The position numbers were made by a program, and so were the translations under genes. Shown piece by piece: positions 54,135 through 64,000 of a stretch of 64,000 nt of DNA. The DNA is from Phyllobates terribilis (Eukaryota). The notes under the pieces are model-generated. The model did no database searches, was not told the DNA's origin, and saw only the letters and a program-made list of their open reading frames with translations. The stretch is from NCBI RefSeq assembly GCF_046119375.1, contig NW_027362770.1:139376001-139440000 (forward strand), given 5' to 3'. Numbering within the stretch: the stretch's first letter is position 1; every line of letters begins with the position of its first letter.

Positions 54135-57100
54135 TGTGGTGCCCCTGAGGGTTCGACCGCCACAGGGATGCTGCACTTCTTTAATGGAGTGTAGTTTTCC
54201 TCCTCTGAGGTAAGAACAGTGTGATGGTCAGGACCCAACCTCCACATCCAACACCACACTTCTCCCACCAGAGGGGGCTATTACGCACCAGCTGCTGCCC
54301 CTACTGGAGTTGGGAGAGAGGGGAACCAAGATTTAGGGGAACCAATTAGTGGGTGAGGGTGGAGGATTCACATTTTAGTGACACTTAATAATTCATGTTT
54401 AATCCACAGCCATTTTGGTTCTTGGTTCTTTGACTGTTCTTTATTGTGACTTTCCTCCCTGAGCGTGGATCCTGTGTGGACCTGCAGAGGATGGAGGCAC
54501 GGCCCTCGTACCCTGGCCTTGGGTCGAGGGGCAGGTTGCAGATAATGAATGTCTCAGCCCGGTCAAGGACCATGACCAAGAAGGCCCGGAGTTTAGGAGT
54601 GTAGCTCCACCCAAATGGATCCCAGGGAGGATGCAGACGGAGCGGTATATGCCACCTGTCCTCGCCAACCTGATCTATTCAGAGGGATTCCGGCTGCAAG
54701 AGGGGTACCGACCCCCGACACCTGACCTTGCTACTCCACGTCCTGGTCAGGGAAGTTCGGTAGGCCCTGAGGATCCCACCGGGTATCGGAAGGAGCGGAG
54801 CTGCCACCCGTAGCCTTTTTCTGAGTGAAGTTCAGAGGGAGACCCGGCCTATCTACACACACACAGAAAGGAAAGGACCCGGTCTGAAGTCTAGGAACAC
54901 TCTGGTGCGGGGTCCTGATTGAACACTGGACTTAGTCTGAGGTTGTCGGACCCCCCCGTCTCTGGTGACTGCAGAACTCAGCGAGGAGCAGGGAGATGCC
55001 TTCCTACTGCCATCTCCATCATGAGTAAACAAACCCTGGAAATTAACCCCTATGGCCTCCGGACTCTTTATTCTGCATTACACCACATTACACAGCACCA
55101 GACCTCCTAGACTACTACTTCCTCCATCCTGTCCCTCTGCCCTGAGGCCCTGCTCCGCCTGTGGGGAGTAGTAACAACTATGTCTGCAATAACACCATGC
55201 CTCCGCGGACTGCAGCAGCGCTGGTGGCCTTCACCAGGTGCCACAGGTGGCGTAGTCGAGATCAGCCAATCAGCCACTCAACCCGGACAAGCCCATACCA
55301 TCCTTTTTTTAGTGTGACCACCCTGGGCACGGAGCGGGTCCGGGCCACGGCTGCACCCCATCTACCACACTCGGGTCCCGTCTCCGAGTCCCCCATCTCC
55401 CAGGGTAGGGCTTTCGTGCGCCGCACAAACTGGCGTAGTCGGCAGGATCGCGTGCCTGCAGCAAAGGAAGGAATTACCCATTGCTACCGGGTACTGTGTG
55501 CCTTACACCTTGGACTGTCGTTTTCCACTTAAAATGGCGCCCGCCCTAGAAGAACAGGCGCCATAGTGCATCAGAAACACGGTCTTCTAACACCTCCTAT
55601 CGTGGACCAGGCTCCCACATGGCGCCAAAAGTGCGGACCGCCCCTTCCATCAGAAACTGTCCGCGGGGTAATGCCTGTCAAAATGGATGGGCTGAACGAA
55701 GGCGTGCCTGTCAGCAAACCGCCCTGGAGCCGCCCCGAAAGAGGAGGAAAAAGAAAAACAACAAGGTGCGGCCATTGCAGTTGGAGTTTGGCAACCTTCA
55801 GGAGCGGACATGGACGCTGCTGGAGCGCAACAAACGGAGCCTTCCGAACCCGGCCCAGGTCCTTCCCCCGGCAGGGAGCGAAGCGGCACCAGACTTACAG
55901 CGGGAGATATTGAATTTCTCCCCCAGGAAGCCCCGGGTCTTGCACGGAGACTGGATGAGGCCCAGAAGGCGGCGTCTGCTGCGTGGTGGGAATAAATGCT
56001 GCTGCGCCTCCGGACCCGCCGCCGAGGAGCTGAAGCTCAGGGAGAAGCGGTGACAGAGGTTGTGAGCTGCTCAGAGGCGGGTGAGTGTGTTACCCCTGCC
56101 CCGGCTGCTGAACCTACCGTACCCATACTGAACCTCATGGCCAAGTATCTCCTGCCCGGCGCGGTCACCTGGGAGCAGGTCTTTGCCCCGGAGCTGCAAG
56201 CCTCTGCTATTGGCGGGGACCTGCACTGCCGCCCAACTCCTGAATCGGAAGTACCTGAGGCTGTGGGGGTATCCACCGACCCCAACCCGGACTGGTCCGC
56301 ACTTACAGAGGACCCGCAGCAACCCCTGCTGACACCGCTGCCCACACTAACAGTCACCTGGCCGGCGGCTGAGGAGTGGGCCTGGGACAACCAGGGGGGG
56401 ACCTGATGGGCTTCCCCCGGGAGACTCGGGCTGAAGTGCAGAGGAGGAGCGAGCGGTGCCGTGAGCAGATTCTCCAACTCAGCCGGGAGCAACGCCAGAG
56501 GGAAATCCGCTGCGAACGCCTCGAGGTGCGGGTCAAGGCTGCAAAATCCCGGGCCCGACAGGAGGAAGCTACCCGTCCAAGCCCCCGTGTGGAAGGGCAA
56601 GTTGTCCGCTTCCACCATGAGGTGGGGTGGGGGTTCATAAGGAGTTCCCAGTATCAGGACGACATCTTTGTCAGCAGGCGGGACGTCGAGCCGCGGCTGA
56701 AAAAGGGACACCCTGGCCGGAACCTCTTCCCGGGTGACGTAGTTACTTACACCCGCCACCATGGGGTGCGGGGGTGGTACGCCCTGGATGTCCACAAGGT
56801 GTCCGGTAGCGACGCCCCACACGCTCAGCCTCAGAGGACAGGTCAGCCTCTGTCGGGAGGAATGAGCCTTTTCCCAGGAGGGAACCCGAGAGTTAAGCAG
56901 CCCCGGAGGCTGTAACTTGTTTAAAGTTGTTTAGTTCATGTTTATGGTTTAAATTACATTCCCGGTTTCTAGAGACATTGGTCCCTGCGGACTTTCAGCA
57001 GACAGACTCCTTACTTGTAAATAATTTGCATCTCTTTAGGTGCTCCTTATTGGTTTTATGTGAAACCGCGGATATTTCTACCTCAGACCTCGGAAGAAAA

Positions 57101-58728
57101 ACCTGTCTGGAGTGGCTCTCCTGGAGGTCCAACTCGGGATCTTCATGACCTGCAGCCACCCCAGGGCCCACGTAGGGGGTTTGGGACAGGTCCCTCGCGC
57201 TTCTGAACTGAATCTTCGTCCTTACACTTTAATCAGTCTGTCTGTGCATAAATGTCTAATGATAATTCTAGCACTTTTATATTTTTATACCTTTGTACTT
57301 TTAAATTATTATATTCTGTTTGAAACGTTTAAGAAGAAGTGCCTCCCAAAAAGGGAAGATCGTTTACTGTTTATATAAAAAGAAAAACTGTACCAGGTAT
57401 TGCTCTTTTGCAGCCCGCGGACGTGCTGTGTTTCACCAGGGGGGAATGTGGCGCCCCTGAGGGTTCGGCCGTCACAGGGATGCTGCACTTCTTTAATGGA
57501 GTGTAGTGTTCCTCCTCTAAGGTAAGAACAGTGTGATGGTCAGGACCCAACCTCCACATCCAACACCACACTTCTCCTACCAGAGGGGGCTATTACGCAC
57601 CAGCTGCTGCCCCTACTGGAGTTGGGAGAGAGGGGAACCAAGAGATAGGGGAACCAATTAGTGGGTGAGGGTGGAGGATTCACATTTAGTGACACTTAAT
57701 AATTCATATTTAATCCACAGCCATTTTGGTTCTTGGTTCTTTGACTGTTCTTTATCATGACCTTCCTCCCTGAGCATGGATCCTGTGTGGACCTGCAGAG
57801 GATGGAGGCACGGCCCTCGTACCCTGGCCTTGGGTCAAGGGGCAGGTTGCAGATAATGAATGTCTCAGCCCGGTCAAGGACCATGACCAAGAACGGCCGG
57901 AGCTTAGTAGTGTAGCTCCACCGCAAATGGATCCCAGGGAGGATGCAGACGGAGCGGTATACGCCACCTGTCCTTGCCAACCTGATCTATTCAGAAGGAT
58001 TCCGGCTGCAAGAGGGGTACCAGCCCCCGACACCTGACCTTGCTACTCCACATCCTGGTCAGGGAAATCCGGTAGGCCCTGAGGATCCCACCGGGTATCG
58101 GAAGGAGCGGAGCTGCCACCCGTACCCTTTTTCTGAGTGAAGTTCAGAGGGAGACCCGGCCTATCTACACATACACAGACAGGAAAGGACCCGGTCTGAA
58201 GTCCAGGAACACTCTGGTGTGGGGTCCTGATTGAACACTGGACTTACTAGGAGGTCTCGGACCCCCCCGTCTCTGGTGACCACAGAACTCAGCGAGGAGC
58301 AGGGAGACGCCTTCCTACTGCCATCTCCATCATGAGTAAACAAACCCTGGAAGTTAACCCTTATGGCCTCCGGACTCTTTATTCTGCATTACACCACATT
58401 ACGCAGCACCAGACCTCCTAGATTACTACTCCCTCCATCCTGTCCCTCTGCCCTGAGGCCCTGCTCCGCCTGTGGGGAGTAGTAACAACTATGGCTGCAA
58501 TAACACCATGCCTCAGCGGACTGCAGCAGCACTGGTGGCCTTCACCAGGTGCCACAGGTGGCGTAGTTGAGATCAGCCACTCAACCCGGACAAGCCCATA
58601 CCATCCTTTTTTTAGTGCGACGACCCTGGGCACGGAGCGGGTCCAGGCCACGGCTGCACTCCATCTACCACACAGGACCCGTCTCCGAGTCCCCCATCTC
58701 CCAGGGTGGGGCTGTCATGCGCCGCACA
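54135..58728 (+). mobile_element. Non-autonomous LTR element 'C' encoding a (now frameshifted) cold-shock-domain protein
   Basis: LTRs 54135-55427 and 57447-58728; TSD AATG; PBS TGGCGTAGTCGGCAGGAT at 55431-55448; PPT AGGGGGGAA; no gag or pol. Confidence 0.93.
55566..56915 (+). pseudogene. CSD-protein gene of element C (homologue of 20560-22695)
   Basis: PPIVDQAPTWRQKCGPPLPSETV matches B PPIVGQDRKWRQKWKPPPPTETV; WD..G/DLMGF..ETRA block with a frameshift at the G7 run 56394-56400; CSD at 56589-56801 is 36/71 identical to B. Confidence 0.88.
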
Positions 58729-59438
58729 AATGCTCCCAGGTTGGTTCGTTAATTCCACACCCCTTATCCTGAGAAACCCGGTCCTGAATGTCTGGAGGCC
58801 ACTCGTAGAGGGGGGGCACTGTCACGGGTGTTTCAGAAGTGACAGACAGTCGTCCTGCAGTGGATTGCATGAGATCTCTACATTTGGCATTGGAGGCACC
58901 TTCTTAGAGGCTGTCTCTAGGACCCAGTGGCTACCTTCCTCTGGCTAATTAACACCTTGGCCTGGGTGTATAAATACCTGCTGTGTTCCAGAGGGAGGTG
59001 CCGGTGATATTCATTCCTCCGTTTCAAGGCTTTAGCAAGAGCAGTACTTCTTCCTCTCTGGTGCCTGAGGACATGTGCGCATTTGTCTGGCGTCATCTAA
59101 AGCTAAGCTATTTCCCCCTGTTTGTCCTCCCTTGTTGTCTAGCCTTAGGCGCCAGGGAAAGACAGGACGAGGAACGCGTGCGGTGATTTGTGAAGAGCCA
59201 ATATAGGGACGTTAGGGGAGACAGGGTGATATTCTATCAGCCAGGAGGTCTCCACTCCCCCCTTTCCCTAGAGTCTGGGCTTCCTTTCCCTCTTCCCTTT
59301 GTGTGGCACTAAGTCTTTCCCACACCTTGCTTAACAGTTATGCACCCATTATTTAATGTATATGGTCCTCCTCACCAAGTTAATGTTTAGTTAAAGACTG
59401 TTTATATTTGACTGGTGGTCTCCATCATTGATCTTCTT

Positions 59439-61262
59439 CAGGCCCGATGTCAGCACCCGGCACACCTGGGCAAGTGCCGGGGCCCTGAGCAGACAGGGGA
59501 ACCCATTCGCTGTCAGGCATCCCGGCGCGCTATGGAGCCTGTGAGCGAAGGAGTTCGGTTACCCCCCCCGCTTTCTCAGGGACAATACTTACCTCTCCCC
59601 GTACCTCCGCAGCTCTGGCCTCTTCCGTCTCTTGACTGTGACGACTCAGGTCAGAGGGCATGCCCTCTGCTGATCAGTCACAGTGCAGAGAGTGGGAAGA
59701 CGCCGGCGACGCTGAGGAGTCCGGAGCAGCGGTAGCAGGAGAGGTGAGGAGAGTATTTGATTTTTTTATTTTTTTTATGTATGGAGGCATGGGGCATTAT
59801 ATGGGGCCCATACAGGATGGAGCAATTTATGGGGCCCATACAGGATGGAGCCCATACAGGATGGAGCTATCTATGGGGCCCATACAGGATGGAGCAATCT
59901 ATGCGGCCCATGCAGGATGGAGCAACCTATGGGGCCCATACAGGATGGAGCATTATATGGGGCCCATACAGGATGGAGCATTATATGGGGCTCATACAGG
60001 ATGGAGCATTATATGGGGTCCATACAGGATGGGGCCCATACAGGATTGAGCAATCTATGGGGCCCATACAGGATGGAGCCCATACAGGATGTAGCTATCT
60101 ATGGGGCCCATACAGGATGGAGCAATCTATGGGGCCCATACAGGATGGAGCCCATACAGCATGGAGCAATCTATGGGGCCCATACAGGATGGAGCTTTAT
60201 ATGGAACTCATACAGGATGGAGCATTATATGGGGCCTATACATGATGGAGCATTATATGAGGTCCATACAGGATGGGGCGCATACAGGATTGAGCAATAT
60301 ATGGGGCCCAGCCTGCATGGAGCATTATATGGGGGCCAGTATTCCGTATGGAGCATTATATGGGAGCCAGTATTCTGTATGGAGCATTTTATGGGGACCA
60401 GTATACTATATGGAGCATTATATGGGGGCCAGTATACTGTATGGAGCATTATATGGGGGACAGTATATTGTAAGGAGCATTATATGGGGCCCAGTATCCT
60501 GTATGGAGGACTTAGTGGGGCCCATTATACTGTATGAAGGACTATGTGGGGCCCAGTATCCTGTATGGAGGACTTAGTGGGGCCCATTATACTGTATGGA
60601 GGACTATGTGGGGCCCAGTATCCTATATGGAGGACTTAGTGGGGCCCATTAAACTGTATGGAGCACTATGTGGGGCCCATTATTCTGTATGGAGGACTAT
60701 GTGGGGCCTATTATACTGTATGGAGGACTATCTGGGCCCATTATACTGTATGGAGGACTATGTGGGGCCATTATACTGTATGAAGGACTATGTGGGGCCC
60801 AGTATCCTGTATGGAGGACTTAGTGGGGCCCATTATACTGTATGGAGGACTATGTGAGCCCATGATATTGTATGGAGGACTATGTGGGGCCCATTATACC
60901 GTATGGAGGACTATCTGGGCCCTTTATACTGTATGGAGGACTACGTGGGGCCATTATACTGTATGGAGGACTATGTGGGGCCCGTAATACTGTATGGAGG
61001 ACTATGTGGGGCACATAAAACTGTATGGAGGACTATACTGTCCGGTCTGCACTGTGCGCTGCGAGGATTCACCGGTTTCTGAGCTATTGTAGAATTTTCA
61101 ATAGATATCACTAATGTAATGTAAGAAGTGAGTGAAATCTTTGGCACTGTACTATATCTATATTCCGCTACCTTATCTTTGCATCATGAATCGAGGTATG
61201 TGTTAAAGGGGCCCACTAAGACCCTTTCGCCCGGGGCCCACGAAAACCTGGAGCCGGCCCTG
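59439..61262. mobile_element. hAT-type MITE carrying minisatellites
   Basis: Perfect 8-bp TSD ATCTTCTT at 59431-59438 / 61263-61270; termini CAGGCCCG... / ...CCGGCCCTG. Confidence 0.85.
59790..61030. repeat. Compound minisatellite: 28/17-bp units grading into 30/31-bp units
   Basis: ATACAGGATGGAGCATTATATGGGGCCC changes progressively to CTGTATGGAGGACTATGTGGGGCCCATTATA. Confidence 0.95.
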
Positions 61263-62164
61263 ATCTTCTTAACAACTGGTCCAACTCCTGGCCAACCAAA
61301 GCCATCGGTAGCATGCAGCTTGCAAGGGCATAGCGGACCCATAGACGAAGTCCACACACCCAGCCAGGACCTCCACCTTCAAGTAGCGTGCCGGGGAATG
61401 GAAGAAGAGTACTTTGCCAATGGCTACCACCCCGCGCCACGTTACCCAAGCAAGCACAGATCTTACAAACCATATGGATTTTTTTTCACAAGTGTATACA
61501 ATACAAATCAGATATGAGACATCCCTTAATAACATAACAGTGGGGAAAAAAAATAGAAAGGGAAATAATGCATTCATTAAAATAAAAGGAGAGAGAAATC
61601 AATGCTTGTTCCTTTGGGAATTGCATCAAGAAAAATAAAATAACGAGACGACTCATGTATATTGGTAAGAATCTCTTCTAAATAACGGGGGATGAATGGC
61701 TGGCACAGAACCAGGCAGACCTCTAACTGTATAGTCAATGAGCCCTTTAATACGATGAGCAGCGGTACTTGTCAACATATCCGTGTGCACTTAATAAAGC
61801 AGACATAGCGGTACACACGTTCAGCACAGTCATCCACACACTGCCGGTGTACAGAAAATGGGATGAATACGGCCATCTATCACACACACATCCCCACTGC
61901 CAAATGTAATGTACTCTATACCCAGCAGCGAATCAATAGACGCATACTGTACGTATAGGACGGACACGCTCGATACTAATATGCCTTGTAACAAAGCGAT
62001 TCACCTTACTTTATATTTATATATACATATATACACATATATCCACCCAATGTTCAGCCTAAATGAGTACAGCCCCTTTGAAAAGCAAGATTTTAATTAA
62101 CACAAGAACAATTTCCAAAATTTTGAAAAGACTGAGTTTCGTAGTGCATTTTTTTAACCCATAA

Positions 62165-64000
62165 TGTAGCACCCTGAGGATTCGGCTGCTACAGGGGTAT
62201 TACACCTCAAGCCAGAGGTGTGGTATTCCACTCCCGGGTAAGGATGGAGTGTGGAACTGAGCTCAGTTAGCTGCATGCACTACACACATCCCATTTCCGG
62301 GGAACAGACCGACGGTACTCCCACCAGTTTATGTGCAGGTACGATAGTGTCTGTTCCTGGCTGGAGTGGGAGGGGGGTGGAACATCCCAGTAGTGTAGGG
62401 GCAGATAGGGGGAGCAGTCTGGGTAGTGCTAGGAGCTCATTGGGTGCTGGTCACCTGAGCTCACACATAGAGGGAGTATATAAGGTGGGCACCAACTTAG
62501 GACAGGGTCTTTTGCAGAGTGAGGTCAGTCTGTCAGAGCAGAGGAGAAGAGCAGCTCCAAGGCCAAGAGAGAGAGAGGAGAAAGAAAGACCCAGAGGGGG
62601 AGAAAGAAGGAACTCCAAGAGCCCAAATTAGACCAGAGGGTGAAGAGTTGGCAACAGGGTACCGGATCCCAAGCTGGCAGAGGCTACAGCACACCTTAGC
62701 CAGGAACCGGAGGTCGTGGGCAGGATCGATCTGCCACGATCACCCACTAAATGCACCCGGAAGGCAGACCAGGAATAGGGTCAGGGAACCCAGAGACAAG
62801 GGTTTACCACCAAGAGGCCCGAGGGAGCCGGACATAGGTGGATCCCTGGTGGGGAAGGCCAGAGAAGAGGACAGGACAGAAAGGGAGCTCAGGACCACGC
62901 TCCAGAATCACCTGGGGGTTGGCTGAGTCCAGGACCTGGTGGACGCAGCACGGCTCGGGTGGTCACTTAAGGCCGGAGTGACCAGAACAACTGCAGTAAG
63001 TAAACAAACCCTGAACTGCACAGCCCGACTCTGAGTCTCATTTCCACCCTCGCTGCACCACCACAACCCCCATCCTCTGCAACTGACCCCCTGAGGCTAT
63101 ACCCCTCCCGTTGGGGGTTATACTACCTGAGCTGCACATACATCACCAGCCTCAGCGGACCCTGCTGCAGCGGCGGCCGTACTGACCGCAATTCAACGGG
63201 TGGCGTAGTCGACACAAAAGAACATCTAGTAACATCATAAGGACTGCCACACACTGAGCTTGACACCCTGGGCACGGACCGGGTCACAGCCACTCGGAGA
63301 CTACAACCCCCATCTGATCCGGCTCCGGGTATCCCTAACAGCACTGGCCCAGGGGGCGCGTCAACTTTGGCGTAGTCGGCAGGATAACGTGCCCGCAACA
63401 ACCGGGTACTGCGTGCCTGAAGAAAAGTACACCGTTACCTCAAAAAGAAGTCTCCTGCCGGTTCCGGAGGGTCCCCGCCATCGGGCCCCATCACAGGTCG
63501 TTTCCCGCCGGTTGTCCGCCATTTACAGCTTTTTCCCACCATCCATGGAGTTTCCCGCCACTGGGAGACGATTCCCGCCATTTCCGAAGATTTCCCGCCT
63601 TGGAAGAGTGGACGCCATTATGGGCGTGCCAGAGGGTGGCAAGAGGTCACCTCCCATCGTGGGCCAGGTCGAAGAATGGCGCCAAAAGCGGAAACCGCGC
63701 CCACCAACAGAGACTGTGATGCTGGAAGTGTCCATCAGCGTGAGGGAACTGCCCCTGGAACTGAAGTTGCCCCGGGACCACCCTCAATGTGGGCGGAGAC
63801 AGAACAAGAGAACAAAGATGGGTGTCGCCTGGAGCAGTCTGGAGAGAGCGCACCCGGAGACAAGACGTCTGGAAGAGAGTCCAGAGAGAGAGCACCCGGA
63901 GACAAGACGTCTGGAGGGAGAGTCAGGCAGCACCGACCCAGTGGTCAGGAGCCTGTTGCAGGTCGCCACTCCAGAAGGCCTGCTGGAGATCCTAGCACAG
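62165..64000 (+). mobile_element. Element 'D', a relative of B, truncated by the window end
   Basis: 5' LTR 62165-63363 homologous to the B LTR; PBS TGGCGTAGTCGGCAGGAT at 63368-63385; leader collinear with B. Confidence 0.92.
63620..64000 (+). CDS. N-terminal 127 codons of the B-like protein (open to the window edge; CSD predicted downstream)
   Basis: Hand translation MGVPEGGKRSPPIVGQVEEWRQKRKPRPPTETVMLEVSISVRELPLELKLPRD...KMGVAWSSLERAHPE...STDPVVRSLL...LEILAQ is collinear with B. Confidence 0.85.
   Translation, partial: MGVPEGGKRSPPIVGQVEEWRQKRKPRPPTETVMLEVSISVRELPLELKLPRDHPQCGRRQNKRTKMGVAWSSLERAHPETRRLEESPEREHPETRRLEGESGSTDPVVRSLLQVATPEGLLEILAQ

Larger units (their letters stand above)
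50082..58815 (+). pseudogene. Gag-Pol of element F with many stops and frameshifts; chromodomain split by C at 54134/58733
   Basis: WFFCGKKGHFVGTC knuckle remnant; FVDSGA protease; [15 protein letters not shown] and YLDDV (RT); [12 protein letters not shown] (RH); SMDFIT (IN); GPRFICPY; YLVHWKGYVPEERMWV...(N)APRLV. Confidence 0.9.
49377..59336 (+). mobile_element. Old full-length Tf1/sushi-type chromoviral Gypsy element 'F', interrupted by element C
   Basis: LTRs 49377-49954 and 58820-59336 (visibly diverged); TSD GTTAT; self-priming-type PBS TTATCGCCGGCC at 49955; PPT AGAGGGGGGG before 58820. Confidence 0.92.
48704..61467 (+). mobile_element. Probable solo LTR 'G' (pieces 48704-49376, 59342-59438, 61271-61467), interrupted by element F and a hAT MITE
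   Basis: TG...CA-bounded, LTR-like composition that becomes continuous once the two TSD-flanked inserts are removed; its own TSD was not found. Confidence 0.35.

Noticed and set aside
59660-61082. G/Y/M-rich ORFs resembling keratin-associated or prion-like proteins
   Set aside because: Translation of the minisatellite inside a TSD-flanked MITE.
62040-62164. Tc1-like terminal fragment (AAATGAGTACAGCCCC) as the target of D
   Set aside because: Too short and degenerate to define ends or a TA TSD within the window.

Overview
This 64-kb window is almost entirely transposable-element DNA from a vertebrate, most likely a frog (inferred from the TTAA-flanked MITEs, hAT and Helitron types, and vertebrate tRNA-Ser primer sites). 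I could not support any host gene. It is a deeply nested stack whose boundaries can be read from target-site duplications (TSDs). (1) Three Tf1/sushi-type chromoviral Ty3/Gypsy elements (1-5023, 11908-17084, 49377-59336). All three show a self-priming PBS complementary to the predicted transcript 5' end, and one is a very young RT/RNaseH-less element with a single intact Gag-PR-IN-chromodomain ORF. (2) A tRNA-Ser-primed Gypsy lineage with 4-bp TSDs: one decayed autonomous copy (34573-42858), two solo LTRs, and three non-autonomous elements (19332-24434, 54135-58728, 62165->64000). The two complete non-autonomous copies carry no gag/pol and instead encode a protein ending in a coiled coil plus a cold-shock (OB-fold) domain; the third is a homologue cut off by the window edge. 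This is the main candidate for an undescribed system. (3) A decayed hAT transposon. (4) A 5'-truncated Penelope-like element with a GIY-YIG remnant, inverted pseudo-LTRs, hammerhead-like motifs and a 16-bp TSD, stretched to 18 kb by two Helitrons, a TTAA element and a Gypsy. (5) Several MITEs and minisatellites. Coordinates were counted by eye and may be off by a few bases. Identities are hand counts, and tRNA and domain assignments are from memory rather than database searches.
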